Source: Chthonomonadales bacterium
Lineage (GTDB): Bacteria; Armatimonadota; Chthonomonadetes; Chthonomonadales; CAJBBX01
Reading direction: 5' to 3'
NCBI GenBank assembly: GCA_013360745.1
Contig: JABWBA010000007.1
Coordinates: 2,945-66,944, forward strand
Length of the DNA stretch: 64,000 nucleotides
Both the position numbers and the translations under genes were made by a program. The first letter of the stretch is position 1, and the number at the start of each line of letters is the position of its first letter. The notes below the pieces were generated by a model. That model did no database searches. It saw only the letters and a list, made by a program, of their open reading frames with translations, and was not told where the DNA came from. Below are positions 1 to 10,004 of the stretch, one piece after another.

Positions 1-329
1 ATACGGGCGAGTTCGACGCGGCTCGTAAGGCGATCGAAGTGGTCGACGAGTGTCTGGGGCAGATCGTCGAGCGCGTCCTGAGCCTCGACGGCCACGTGTT
101 AATCACAGCGGATCATGGCAACTCCGAACAGATGATCTACTACGATACGGGTCGGGTCCGGACCAGCCATACCCTCTTTCCCGTCGAATGTATCTACGTC
201 GCGCGCGAGGCGCCCACGATGCGGCTGAAGGCCTCCGGCAAGCTCTCGGACATCGCGCCAACGGCGCTGTCGCTGATGGGGCTGTCCCCCTCGCCGCATA
301 TGACTGCCGACTGCCTCCTGGAGCCGTGA
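1..329 (+). CDS. gpmI: 2,3-bisphosphoglycerate-independent phosphoglycerate mutase, C-terminal fragment (gene begins upstream of window)
   Basis: Frame is open to the window edge. The tail contains HVLITADHGNSEQM and KLSDIAPTALSLMGL, blocks typical of the iPGM C-terminus. Confidence 0.85.
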   Translation, partial: TGEFDAARKAIEVVDECLGQIVERVLSLDGHVLITADHGNSEQMIYYDTGRVRTSHTLFPVECIYVAREAPTMRLKASGKLSDIAPTALSLMGLSPSPHMTADCLLEP

Positions 330-413
330 TCCGGACGAAAGCCCGGCCGATCAGCCCCGTTCGGACGTAAAGCGGGGCGGATATGCGTATAGGGACAGAG
401 GAGGACTGAGAGG

Positions 414-1703
414 ATGGAGCAGCACGAGCGCGGGTATACCCGCAGGGACCTTGTCGGACGCGCCGCAGGGCTGGCGCTGCCCGCCATCATCCCGGCGCAC
501 GTCATCGGGCGACGAGGACGGCCGGGGGCCAATGACCAGATTCGCATCGGCGTGATCGGGACCGGCGGGATGGGCCGCCATCATGTCGCGCCCGACACGG
601 CGGCCATCTGCGATGTGGACGACGGACACCTCGCGGACGCCCGCAAACGGATCACCCGGGGCGAACCGTTCGTAACAAAGGACTTTCGGCGGCTGCTCGA
701 TCGTGAGGATATCGACGCGGTGATCATCGCCGCGCCCGACCACTGGCACGCCCTCATGACGGTCATGGCCTGTCAGGCGGGCAAGCATGTGATGAGCGAG
801 AAACCGACCTCGAAGACCATCGCGGAAGGCCGAGCCATGGTCGAGGCCGCGCGCAAGTACCATCGGGTGGTGCAGATCCATGCGCAGGGCCGGTCCAATC
901 CGGTGGCCCACGCCGCCTGCACCTTCGTCCGCAACGGCGGCATCGGCAGGATCCAGCGGGTCGATGTCTGGCACCCCGTCAACTTCACAACGACCAGCTG
1001 GGGCGAAGAACAGCCGATCCCGGCCGGGCTCGATTGGGATCTGTGGCTGGGGCCGCTTCGGCGGATGCCCTATCATCCCGAACGGTGCCATTTCAACTTT
1101 CGCTGGCTCATGGACTCGGGCGGCGGCTTCATCCGGGACAGAGGGAACCACGCCCTGAGCATCGTGTCGTGGCTGACCAACAACGACGGCTATCGGGGCA
1201 GGGTTACCTGCGAGGCTAAGGGCACGCCCCACCTGAGCGGCTTTTTCGATACCCCCGCCACGCTGGACGTCGTCTGGACCTTCGAGAAACCCCGCTGGAC
1301 CCTCACATGGAGCCAGCCAGGCAAGCCCAACCCCCGCTTCCCGGGTGACTGGGGGGCCACCTATACCGGCGATCGCGACGACCTCGTCGTCCTGGGCGGC
1401 GACGGAGGCTGCGACACCGAGGACAAGGCGAAGCGGTTCACCGTCCCATCCGGCGGGATCGAGATCTATAAGAGCCCGGGGCATCGGGAGAACTGGCTGG
1501 ATTGCATCCGAACCGGCAAGCGGCCGGTCATGGATGTGGAGATCGGCCATCACGTCGTGACGCTATGCAACCTGGGCAACATCGCGTGGCGACTCGGGCG
1601 TGCCGTCACGTTCGATCTGCGGCGCGAGAGGTTCGTGGGAGATGAGGAGGCGGATCGCCTGATCGCCGAGCCCTACCGCGCGCCCTGGACGCTGAAGGTA
1701 TAG
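414..1703 (+). CDS. Gfo/Idh/MocA family oxidoreductase with twin-arginine signal
   Basis: N-terminus is YTRRDLVGRAAGLALPAIIP (Tat-like RR motif), followed by the Rossmann block IRIGVIGTGGMG. It is a paralogue of the ORF at 30477-31796, sharing the C-terminal block YKSPGH..W.DCIR...RP..DVEIG. Confidence 0.85.
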   Translation: MEQHERGYTRRDLVGRAAGLALPAIIPAHVIGRRGRPGANDQIRIGVIGTGGMGRHHVAPDTAAICDVDDGHLADARKRITRGEPFVTKDFRRLLDREDIDAVIIAAPDHWHALMTVMACQAGKHVMSEKPTSKTIAEGRAMVEAARKYHRVVQIHAQGRSNPVAHAACTFVRNGGIGRIQRVDVWHPVNFTTTSWGEEQPIPAGLDWDLWLGPLRRMPYHPERCHFNFRWLMDSGGGFIRDRGNHALSIVSWLTNNDGYRGRVTCEAKGTPHLSGFFDTPATLDVVWTFEKPRWTLTWSQPGKPNPRFPGDWGATYTGDRDDLVVLGGDGGCDTEDKAKRFTVPSGGIEIYKSPGHRENWLDCIRTGKRPVMDVEIGHHVVTLCNLGNIAWRLGRAVTFDLRRERFVGDEEADRLIAEPYRAPWTLKV

Positions 1704-1715
1704 GGGGAACCGAGG

Positions 1716-2243
1716 ATGAAGGGAACGATAACCGGTACGGGCCAGCAGATCGTCCGGAACCCGACGGCGGCTTCGCTCATGGCGGATATTCGGAGCGGCG
1801 ATCGGGCGTTACGCCATCGGGCCATCGTACAGTCCACGCTCATCGGAACGCCGCTGATCGCCGATCTGGGCCGCGCGCTCGGCGGCGACCCTGCCATTGT
1901 ACGGGCGGCGCAGGAGGCCCTCCGAAGGGTGGTCCATCACGCGGCGCGGCCTCTTGCGGCCTCCGAACGACGTACCGCGTGTCGGGAGCTCCTCAAACTC
2001 ACCGACCCCGCGCTGCCCCGCGCGGCGCGCGTCGAGGCGTTGAGCCTTCTCGGCTGTGTGGGCAACGCCGATGTCGTGCCCGGCCTTGCAGGGCTTCTGA
2101 AGGATCCCGATGTGGCCGAGGAAGCGAGGATGGCCCTGGCGCGGCTGCCGGGTTCTGCAGCGCGGAGGGCCCTGGCCGCGACGCGAACGGGTTTCGCGAA
2201 CGAGCCAGCCGGCCGCTATCCGGCAGCGAGCTCCCGTTCGTAG
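1716..2243 (+). CDS. HEAT-repeat-like protein
   Basis: Ala/Leu/Arg-rich helical repeats, for example LLGCVGNADVVPGLAGLLKDPDVAEEARMALARL. It starts 13 nt after the upstream oxidoreductase. Confidence 0.55.
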   Translation: MKGTITGTGQQIVRNPTAASLMADIRSGDRALRHRAIVQSTLIGTPLIADLGRALGGDPAIVRAAQEALRRVVHHAARPLAASERRTACRELLKLTDPALPRAARVEALSLLGCVGNADVVPGLAGLLKDPDVAEEARMALARLPGSAARRALAATRTGFANEPAGRYPAASSRS

Positions 2244-2878
2244 TCGGGCCCAGGATCGAGGAGGCCCCGCGCCACTGCATCGACGATCATCGCCCGCGCA
2301 TAGGCCCACAGCTCAGGGGCGCCGGCCCCGATGATCCGATTGCGCCGGAGCACCCGATCCGCCGTGACGCCGTGCTCCCGCCAGGCGCCGCCCGCGGTTG
2401 CGCAGTTGTGCAGCATGGGCTGCAGACGGTCCAGGGCGTTGGCAAAGCGCGATTCCGGCGTACGACGCTCCTCGAACTCGTCCCACAGCTCGCGCAGCGG
2501 GCCGCCGGAGTCCGCCGGCAGGAGACCGAAGATCCGATCGGCCGCCGCAGCCTCCCGTTCGTGTTTGCCGACCATCCCGGCCTCGTCATAGCAAAAGGTA
2601 TCGCCGCAGTCGATCTCGACCAGATCGTGGATCAGAAGCATCGTCACCGCCCGGTGGATGTCGAGGCCGGCGGGTGCGTACTCCTGCAAGGTGATCGCCA
2701 TCAGGGCAAGATGCCACGAATGCTCCGCGTCGTTCTCGCGGCGGGATTCGTCCGTGAGGAGAGTCTGGCGCAGGACGCTCTTGACCTTATCGATCTCGAG
2801 GATGAAGCCGAGCTGAGCCTCGAGTCGCGCGCTCGCCGGGAGGGGTGTCGGGCCAGGATGGGACGGTTCGCAGTTCAT
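2216..2878 (-). CDS. HD-domain phosphohydrolase (YfbR-like 5-prime-nucleotidase family)
   Basis: Metal-site motifs NDAEHSWHLA, LLIHDLVEIDCGD and ANALDRLQP. Start placed at the ATG at 2878 (MNCEPSH); the longer track ORF to 3199 overlaps the divergent methyltransferase. Confidence 0.8.
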   Translation of the reverse strand: MNCEPSHPGPTPLPASARLEAQLGFILEIDKVKSVLRQTLLTDESRRENDAEHSWHLALMAITLQEYAPAGLDIHRAVTMLLIHDLVEIDCGDTFCYDEAGMVGKHEREAAAADRIFGLLPADSGGPLRELWDEFEERRTPESRFANALDRLQPMLHNCATAGGAWREHGVTADRVLRRNRIIGAGAPELWAYARAMIVDAVARGLLDPGPDYERELAAG

Positions 2879-2924
2879 TCCGATACGATACCGTACGCAG
2901 CACGGATAAGAGGAACGGGCCACC

Positions 2925-3695
2925 GTGCGGCGAAGGAATCGAACGGCGCGCATGAATACCGAACCGTTGATGTACCACGCCCTGGCCGAGTGGTGGCCGC
3001 TCCTTTCGGCGCCCGACGAATACGCCGATGAGGCGCAGATGATCGCGAACGCCGCCCGATCCTGCGCCCGGCGGAACGTGGAGACGATGCTCGAGCTGGG
3101 CTCTGGAGGGGGCAACACAGCCTCGCATCTGAAGGGGCGCTTCGCGATTACCCTCGTCGACCGCTCAAGCGCCATGCTCGACGTGAGCCGCCGGCTCAAC
3201 CCGGAATGCGACCATTATGAAGGAGACATGCGCAGCGTCCGCCTGGGGCGAACCTACGACGCCGTGCTGATCCACGACGCCGTGGGTTATATGGTCTGCC
3301 TTGGCGACCTCCGCGCCGCGCTGGAGACCGCCCATGCCCATTGCGCGCCGGGCGGCTGCGGCATCTTCGTGCCCGATCATACGCGGGAAAACTTCCGTGA
3401 CGGGACCGAGCACGGCGGGCGCGACGACGCGGGTCGAGCGCTCCGGTACCTCGCCTGGACTCACCCTCCCGACGCAGCAGAGACGACCTACACCACCGAT
3501 TTCGCCCTCATGCTTCGTGACGCCTCCGGCCTGAGGACGGTTCAGGAAACGCATCGATTCGGGCTCTTCGGCGAGGGCGAATGGCTGACGCTGATGCAGG
3601 AGGTCGGCTTCGTCCCGCACGTGCGAACCGAGGCGGGAATGCCCTTCCACCATGGCCCGCGCCGCATCTTTATCGGCGTACGCCCCGAGGAGTAA
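2925..3695 (+). CDS. class I SAM-dependent methyltransferase
   Basis: Motif I MLELGSGGGN, followed by VLIHDAVGYM. Start is uncertain: GTG at 2925 or ATG at 2952 (MNTEPL). Confidence 0.8.
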   Translation: MRRRNRTARMNTEPLMYHALAEWWPLLSAPDEYADEAQMIANAARSCARRNVETMLELGSGGGNTASHLKGRFAITLVDRSSAMLDVSRRLNPECDHYEGDMRSVRLGRTYDAVLIHDAVGYMVCLGDLRAALETAHAHCAPGGCGIFVPDHTRENFRDGTEHGGRDDAGRALRYLAWTHPPDAAETTYTTDFALMLRDASGLRTVQETHRFGLFGEGEWLTLMQEVGFVPHVRTEAGMPFHHGPRRIFIGVRPEE

Positions 3696-3703
3696 CCCCC
3701 CCG

Positions 3704-4648
3704 ATGACAAACCCTTCGTCCACGACCATCCTTCGCCGCGCCTTCGAGCTCAAGACCGCGGCGCCGAGCTTCAACATCCCGTATCTGCCGATGATGGCGC
3801 CTGTGGTGCGCGCGCTCCAGGACACCGGGGCGTTCGGATTCATAGCGGTGGCCCGCCTCGAATGGGAGAAGTTCGAAGCCGGCAGCCTTGAGGCCGTCCG
3901 GGAGGAATATGAACGGGTCAAGGATGAGCGCTGCACCCGGCTGCACCTCGACCATACGCCGGTGGTGGACGAGGACGGGCTGCAGGTGGACTATCGGGCC
4001 ATCATCGAGCGCGCCCTGAAGCTCGGGTACGACTCGGTGATGGTCGACGGATCCCGCCTCCCCTTCGAAGCCAACGTTCAGGCCACCCGCGAGGTTGTCG
4101 AACTCGCCCATGCGGCTGGCGTGCCCGCCGAGGCCGAACTCGGAGCCGTCCTCGGCCATGAACCGGGGCCGCTGCCCGACTACGACGAGCTCTTCGCCAG
4201 CGGCAGGGGCTTCACGGACGTGGACGAAGCCCGCCGGTTCGTCGCGCAGACCGGTGCGGACTGGCTGTCGGTCGCCGTCGGCAACATCCATGGGGCCATT
4301 TCGGGCGCGGCCAAAAGCGCGCATAAGCCGGCGGCGCGACTGAGCATCGACCGCCTCGCGGCGCTCGCTTCGGCGACGGGCGTCCCGCTGGTGCTGCACG
4401 GAGGGAGCGGAATCCCCCGCGAGAGCCTGCTGGCGGGTGTGGGCGCCGGGATCGCCAAGGTGAACGTCGGGACGACCCTCCGGCAAGCGTACGAGGGCTC
4501 GGCCTCTCTCGGGATCGAAGCGGCGCAGCGGAAGGTGTATCTGGCGACGGTATCCGTCATAATGGACGAACTTCAGATCGAGGGGTCGGCGAACCGGCTC
4601 CTCGACAACGGTCACAGCGAAGGAGGATCGGCTCATGTCGGGGGATAA
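3704..4648 (+). CDS. class II (metal-dependent) ketose-bisphosphate aldolase family protein
   Basis: Motifs LHLDH, SVMVDGS, AELG, NIHG and VLHGGSG. The ATG at 3704 was verified in the sequence; the track ORF from 3581 is an upstream extension overlapping the methyltransferase. Confidence 0.85.
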   Translation: MTNPSSTTILRRAFELKTAAPSFNIPYLPMMAPVVRALQDTGAFGFIAVARLEWEKFEAGSLEAVREEYERVKDERCTRLHLDHTPVVDEDGLQVDYRAIIERALKLGYDSVMVDGSRLPFEANVQATREVVELAHAAGVPAEAELGAVLGHEPGPLPDYDELFASGRGFTDVDEARRFVAQTGADWLSVAVGNIHGAISGAAKSAHKPAARLSIDRLAALASATGVPLVLHGGSGIPRESLLAGVGAGIAKVNVGTTLRQAYEGSASLGIEAAQRKVYLATVSVIMDELQIEGSANRLLDNGHSEGGSAHVGG

Positions 4649-6041
4649 GACGACGTTCGCGCTATTCTTCGGGAATCGAGGGTTCTTCCCGGCGTCGCTC
4701 ATCGCGGGAGCGCGTCAGGAGCTAGCCGCCGCGTTGAAGTCGATGGGGCATGATGTCCTGATGCTCGATGCCGCAGCGACGCGCCACGGGGCCGTGGAGA
4801 CGCCGGCCGAAGGGGCGATCTACGCGGACTTCCTCCGCCAGAACCGGGGCAAGTTCGGCGGCGTCATCCTGTGTCTGCCGAACTTCGGCGATGAGACCGG
4901 AGCGGTCGCGGCGCTCAAGGATGCGGGGGTTCCGATCCTCATCCAGGCGTATCCCGATGAGCTCAACCGTATGGGACCCGCGGAACGGCGCGACGCCTTT
5001 TGCGGCAAGTTCAGCATCATGGATGTCTTCGTCCAGTACGGCGTGCCGTTCACCGCGCTCAAGCCCCACACCGCCCACCCTGCCGAACCGCCCTTTGCCG
5101 AGAACGTCGACTACTTCGACCGGCTCTGCAGGGTCGTCAACGGCGTACGGGGCATGACCGTCGGGGCGATCGGCGCGCGTACGACGCCGTTCAAGACGGT
5201 CCGGATCGACGAGCTGACCCTGCAGCGGCACGGCATCACGGTCGAGACGGTCGACATGGCCGACATCATCGCCCGCGTACACGCCCTCGCTGAGGACGAC
5301 CCGGACGTGACGCGCAAGGCGGCGACGCTCCGGGGCCACACGACCTGGGGCGAGACGCCGCCCAAAGCGTTCCAGACCATCGCGCGGCTCGGCGTCGTTC
5401 TGGATCGTGTCATCGACGAGTTCGGCCTGGATGCTATGGCGATCCGCTGCTGGCTCGAGCTTCAGCAGCAGCTCGGGATCTCGCCGTGCGTCCTCCTCAG
5501 CGAGCTGAACGACCGGCGCATCGCCGCCGCCTGTGAGGTGGACGTGGGCAGCGCCGTGGCCATGCATGCGCTGGGGCTGGCCTCGGGAGGAGCCGCCACC
5601 TGCCTCGACTGGAACAATAACTACGGCGATGATGTGGAGGAGTGCATCCTGTTCCATTGCGGGCCGGTGCCCCAAAGCCTGATGGTCGGGCCGGGCGTCG
5701 TCACCGACCACTCTATCTTGATGAACGCGACCGGCCCGGGGTGCGGCTGGGGCTGCAATCAGGGCCGCATCCGCCCGATGCCGGTCACGGTCGCGGGCTT
5801 GATCACGGAAGCCGGCCGCATTCGGATGTACGTCGGCGAGGGCAAGATGACCGACGACGAGATACCCTCCGAGTTCTTCGGGTGCGCCGGCGTGTTCGAA
5901 AAGACCAACCTTCAGGAGGCGCTGCTGACGATCGGGAAGCAGGGACACCGGCACCATGTCAGCCTGGCGGAGGGCCATGTCGCCGCGCCAATGACGGAGG
6001 CCCTGCAGGGGTACCTTGGCTTCGAGGTGACGACGATCTAG
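4635..6041 (+). CDS. L-fucose/L-arabinose isomerase family-like sugar isomerase
   Basis: 468 aa. The layout (FGNRGFFP N-terminus, RCW.E, ACE.D, LFHCGP blocks) resembles fucose-isomerase-fold proteins. It overlaps the aldolase stop by 14 nt. Confidence 0.7.
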   Translation: MSGDKTTFALFFGNRGFFPASLIAGARQELAAALKSMGHDVLMLDAAATRHGAVETPAEGAIYADFLRQNRGKFGGVILCLPNFGDETGAVAALKDAGVPILIQAYPDELNRMGPAERRDAFCGKFSIMDVFVQYGVPFTALKPHTAHPAEPPFAENVDYFDRLCRVVNGVRGMTVGAIGARTTPFKTVRIDELTLQRHGITVETVDMADIIARVHALAEDDPDVTRKAATLRGHTTWGETPPKAFQTIARLGVVLDRVIDEFGLDAMAIRCWLELQQQLGISPCVLLSELNDRRIAAACEVDVGSAVAMHALGLASGGAATCLDWNNNYGDDVEECILFHCGPVPQSLMVGPGVVTDHSILMNATGPGCGWGCNQGRIRPMPVTVAGLITEAGRIRMYVGEGKMTDDEIPSEFFGCAGVFEKTNLQEALLTIGKQGHRHHVSLAEGHVAAPMTEALQGYLGFEVTTI

Positions 6042-6045
6042 CGAC

Positions 6046-8718
6046 TCAGCCCGTGTTGCGCATCCCCGCGGCGATGCCGTTGATGCTCAACTGGAGGGCC
6101 GCGTCCGTCTCGTGACGATCGGGTGAGTCGGCTGGAGCGTTGCGATGACGTCGCAGCAGCTCCACCTGCAGGTAGTTCAGAGGATCGATATAGGGTGCGC
6201 GGAGCCGGAGTGAGCGCTGGAGATCGGGCTGCCGATCCAGCAGTTCGCGGCTGTCCGTGATGCTCAACACAGCCTCCACGGTTCTGTTGTACTCATCCGT
6301 CAGGAGCGGGAACACGGCCGCGCGGATCACCCTATCCCGCACGAGGCTCGCGTAGCGTCGGGCGATACCGATATCGCTCTTGGCGAGCGCGACCTCGGCG
6401 TTGTCGATCACCGAGGCGAAGAATGGCCATTCGGCGTAGAGCTGCCGGAGCTCGGCGAGGCGGGCCGACGACCCGGCGGCATAGGTCATGATGCCCGTGC
6501 CCAGCCCGAGCCAGCCGGGGATCAACATGCGGCACTGGGTCCAGGCGAAGACCCAGGGGATGGCCCGCAGGCCGCCGATGCCCCGAAGCTCGCCCCGCGA
6601 GGCAGGCCGCGACCCGATGTTGTGGCGGCTGAGTGCGTCGATGGGGGTCGCCTCTCGGAAGAAGGTCTCGAACGCCGGCAGATCGTAGACGACCGCCCTG
6701 TAGTGGTGAAAGGCGTAGTCCGCGATCTGGCCCATGGCCTCCCGCCCGATGGCGGGCGGTTCCGCGGTGCGCTGGCCGCTCCGGTCGGCCTCGACCATGA
6801 TGATCGCGTGTAGGACCTGTTCCAGATATCGGAGGGCGATGGCGGGCTCGGAGAACTTATAGTAGAGGACTTCGCCCTGCTCGGTGATCTTCATATCCCC
6901 GTTGACGGTTCCCGGCGGCTGGGCAAGGATCGCCTGATGGGTCGGCCCGCCGCCCCGCCCGATCGAACCGCCCCTGCCGTGGAAGAAGCGCAGGCGCACG
7001 CCCCGGCGACGCGCCACGGCGGCGAGATCCTCCTGAGCCCGATACAGCCACCAGCTGCTGGTCAAATAGCCGCCGTCCTTGTTGCTGTCGGAGTAGCCGA
7101 GCATGACCTCCTGCACCATACCACGGGCCTGAAGATGGCGCCGATAGTCCTCGGATGCGAAGAGACCGTCCAGCGTGTCGGGGGCCGATCGGAGGGCGTC
7201 GATGCTTTCGAAGAGAGGCACGAGGTCCATCGCGCCCTCCAGGCCGCCGGCCGCATCCATGAGCCGGAGGACGTCGAGCACGTCCTGGGGTCTCGAGGTC
7301 ATGCTGACGATATAGGTCGGGACGGCCCTGGGGCCATAGCGATGATGGGCCTCGCGCACCACGTTGAAGGTCTCCCGCACCTCGGCGAGGTCGGGGCAGT
7401 CGGCGACGGCGAGCGCCTCACGGGTCCCTGCGCTCGGCTCGCCGCCGGACGAATCGAGAACGGCGCGATGACAGGCCGCGTCCTGACGGATCTCCAGAGG
7501 CGCGAAGTAGAAGCCGAACAGTTCGGCCTGGCGCCGCAGGAGGCCGATCTCGCCATCGGCCGCGGAGATCGTCTGCGCTCCCGGCCCCGAACTGAGGCTG
7601 GACACGATATCGTCGAGATCGGCGATGAACTCCTCGGCGCGTTCGTAGGCGTCTTCGCCGGCCTCCTGGGTGTGGCGGAGCCGATGCGCCATGTACGTGA
7701 GTTTCTCCCGATAGGGTTCGGAGTCCCGCCGCCGTCCGTCGAAGGCTTTGCAGCGGATCCGATCGCGGGTCAGCGAGGCGCGCAGGCCCGGGGTGATCTC
7801 CGCGAAGGTGAGGGACTGGCTCATGAACGGGATGATGGCGCGGACCGCGGCTTCATAGCGAGCGAGGACCTTCTGCTGATGCAGCTGGAGTGTCCGGCGG
7901 GTGACGTCGGCCGTGACGAAGGGGTTGCCGTCCCGATCGCCCCCCCGCCAGGAGTGGAGGTGGACGAGCGGCAGGGTCGGTGTCGTATCTGGATAGTACC
8001 GCCTCAGCGCCCGGCGCGTGTTCTCGAGCAATACGGGGAGGGCATCGAACAGCACCGTCTCGAGGAAGTACAGGCCCTGCGACACCTCGTCCATCACCGT
8101 GGGCTGGATCGTCCGAACCATGTCGGTCTGACAGAGGATGGTCACCCGGCGGCGCAGGTCCTCGATGGTTGCCGCCCGCTCGCCGATGAGCAGATCGGGG
8201 CGTTCCAGGGTTTCGAGAGTGCGGGAGATGGCCGTCATCCCTTCCAGCACCGTGCGCCGGCGGGCTTCGGTGGGATGGGCGGTGAAGACGAGGGTGACGC
8301 GCAGCCGCTCCAGCAGGCGCGCCACCTCCTCACCGGTCCAGCCTCGCACCTTCAGCGAGCCGATGGCCGACGCGACCGTGTCGGGCAGCGGGTGGTCGCC
8401 GATCAGGCGCTGGTGCTCTCTCGTACTGCGGACGATCTCCCGCTGCTCGGCGCAGTTGACGAGCTGGAACCACAGCGTGAACGCCCGGAGGATGTCCCAG
8501 ATCTCCCGGGCGCCGAGGGAGGCGCTGCGGCGGGCGAGATCGTCGGCGGCTGCGGGATCGGTCCGGGCGGATCGAGCCTTCTGGCGGATGTCTTCGATGA
8601 GCTCAAACGCCTCTTCGCCGTGGAGCTCCGAGATGGCCTGTCCCAGCGTCTCGCCGAGCAGACGGACGTTCTGGCTGATGGGCGAGCGGTGCGAGATCGT
8701 GGGCAACAGCGCCGACAT
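6046..8718 (-). CDS. ppc: phosphoenolpyruvate carboxylase
   Basis: 890 aa with VFTAHPTE, GYSDSNKDGG, FHGRGGSIGRGGGP and the C-terminal MRNTG signature. Confidence 0.95.
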   Translation of the reverse strand: MSALLPTISHRSPISQNVRLLGETLGQAISELHGEEAFELIEDIRQKARSARTDPAAADDLARRSASLGAREIWDILRAFTLWFQLVNCAEQREIVRSTREHQRLIGDHPLPDTVASAIGSLKVRGWTGEEVARLLERLRVTLVFTAHPTEARRRTVLEGMTAISRTLETLERPDLLIGERAATIEDLRRRVTILCQTDMVRTIQPTVMDEVSQGLYFLETVLFDALPVLLENTRRALRRYYPDTTPTLPLVHLHSWRGGDRDGNPFVTADVTRRTLQLHQQKVLARYEAAVRAIIPFMSQSLTFAEITPGLRASLTRDRIRCKAFDGRRRDSEPYREKLTYMAHRLRHTQEAGEDAYERAEEFIADLDDIVSSLSSGPGAQTISAADGEIGLLRRQAELFGFYFAPLEIRQDAACHRAVLDSSGGEPSAGTREALAVADCPDLAEVRETFNVVREAHHRYGPRAVPTYIVSMTSRPQDVLDVLRLMDAAGGLEGAMDLVPLFESIDALRSAPDTLDGLFASEDYRRHLQARGMVQEVMLGYSDSNKDGGYLTSSWWLYRAQEDLAAVARRRGVRLRFFHGRGGSIGRGGGPTHQAILAQPPGTVNGDMKITEQGEVLYYKFSEPAIALRYLEQVLHAIIMVEADRSGQRTAEPPAIGREAMGQIADYAFHHYRAVVYDLPAFETFFREATPIDALSRHNIGSRPASRGELRGIGGLRAIPWVFAWTQCRMLIPGWLGLGTGIMTYAAGSSARLAELRQLYAEWPFFASVIDNAEVALAKSDIGIARRYASLVRDRVIRAAVFPLLTDEYNRTVEAVLSITDSRELLDRQPDLQRSLRLRAPYIDPLNYLQVELLRRHRNAPADSPDRHETDAALQLSINGIAAGMRNTG

Positions 8719-8762
8719 GGACTACCTCCCGGGCGGCCGCTTCGAGCGGACCGATTCCTATT

Positions 8763-10004
8763 CTAGACTGGTTCTACACGCTTGCCCGAGGCGGCCCGAC
8801 GCGCGGCGGGACGGTCGAGCAGATCGAGCACGACGGCGGCGATGGCGGCTCGGTCGCCGTCGATCCCCTTCCCCTCCTGACCTCCCGTTGCAGGGCTCGG
8901 GAAGACCCGGTTGGTGAGGAACAGGATATAGCCGCCGGTCGGCGGATCGAGCCACATCCACGTGCCCGTGTAGCCCGTATGACCGATGGTGCACCGGGCG
9001 GGGTCCGCGGTCGTCGGGCGGCCGTACGGGGGTCCCTGATAGACGGCCCATCCGATGCTGCGGAGAGGACGAACGCCTTCGGGCGTCTGGACCGAGGTCA
9101 TGAGCCGTACGCTGTCCTCCTGCAGCGTACGCCGACCCCGGCGCACCCCATCGCCCAGGATCATCTCGGCGTAGCGGGCCAGATCCCCCGCCGTGGAGAA
9201 CAGGCCGGCGTTGCCCGGGCAGAGCGTTTCGGAGCCGTGATAGGCGGCCAGCGGGTCGTGCACCTTGCCCCGCACCGGTGCGCCATCGGGGCCGCGGGCG
9301 GTGGGGGCGCATCGCCCGATCCGCTGCCCCCTGGGGCGATAGGTCGTGGCGGCCATCCCGAGCGGCTGCCAGAAGCGACGCTTCAGAAGCTCCTCCAGCG
9401 GCTCGCCGGACACCTTCTGAATGAGGGCTGCCGCCGATTGGAGGTTCAGGCAGCTGTAGACCATCTTCGTCCGGGATCGATAGGACAGCCGGAGGCCGGC
9501 GTAGTGACGGTAGAGCGCTTCGGCGTGGGTCTCCTCCGACCGACGCTTCTTCTCTACAACGGACCAGGTCTCGTAGGCCTTTAGGCCGGAGACATGGGTC
9601 AGAAGGTCCCGAAGCGTGACGTCTCCCTTCCCGTTGAGGGCGAACTCGGGCCAGTATCTGGCCACCGGTGCGTCGAGCGCGAGGACCCCGTCTTCCACGA
9701 GGGCCAGCGCAGCCGGCGTCCCCGCGACGACCTTGGTGCAGGAGGCGAGGTCGAAGAGGGTGTCCATCCGCATGGGCGGACTGTCCGGCTCGTAGGTATG
9801 TCGGCCGTAGGCCTTTGCGTGGAGCGCTCGCCCCTTGCGGCCGACGTATAGGACGGCTCCCGGGAAGCGCTGTTCGGCAATGCCCTTCTCTACGATCGTG
9901 TCCAGCACGCTTATCTCGTTCCTTTCCAGCGCGTCTGCGCCAAGGGCCGCCGCCGCCAATCCGCCGAGGATCACCTCGCGGCGGGTCCATCGGGGCCCGC
10001 TCAT
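8763..10004 (-). CDS. serine hydrolase (beta-lactamase / PBP4-like family), secreted
   Basis: SxxK nucleophile motif ASCTKV, and an N-terminal RR-containing signal WTRREVILGGLAAAALGA. Confidence 0.85.
   Translation of the reverse strand: MSGPRWTRREVILGGLAAAALGADALERNEISVLDTIVEKGIAEQRFPGAVLYVGRKGRALHAKAYGRHTYEPDSPPMRMDTLFDLASCTKVVAGTPAALALVEDGVLALDAPVARYWPEFALNGKGDVTLRDLLTHVSGLKAYETWSVVEKKRRSEETHAEALYRHYAGLRLSYRSRTKMVYSCLNLQSAAALIQKVSGEPLEELLKRRFWQPLGMAATTYRPRGQRIGRCAPTARGPDGAPVRGKVHDPLAAYHGSETLCPGNAGLFSTAGDLARYAEMILGDGVRRGRRTLQEDSVRLMTSVQTPEGVRPLRSIGWAVYQGPPYGRPTTADPARCTIGHTGYTGTWMWLDPPTGGYILFLTNRVFPSPATGGQEGKGIDGDRAAIAAVVLDLLDRPAARRAASGKRVEPV

Noticed and set aside
351-1553. 400-aa ORF on the minus strand, antisense to the Gfo/Idh/MocA gene
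   Set aside because: The translation is Arg/Gly/Pro/Ala-rich with no motif. It fully overlaps a + strand ORF that has clear family signatures. This is the typical shadow ORF of GC-rich DNA.
6937-8766. 609-aa + strand ORF antisense to ppc
   Set aside because: The opposite strand encodes a complete PEP carboxylase with all its signature motifs. The + frame is low-complexity.
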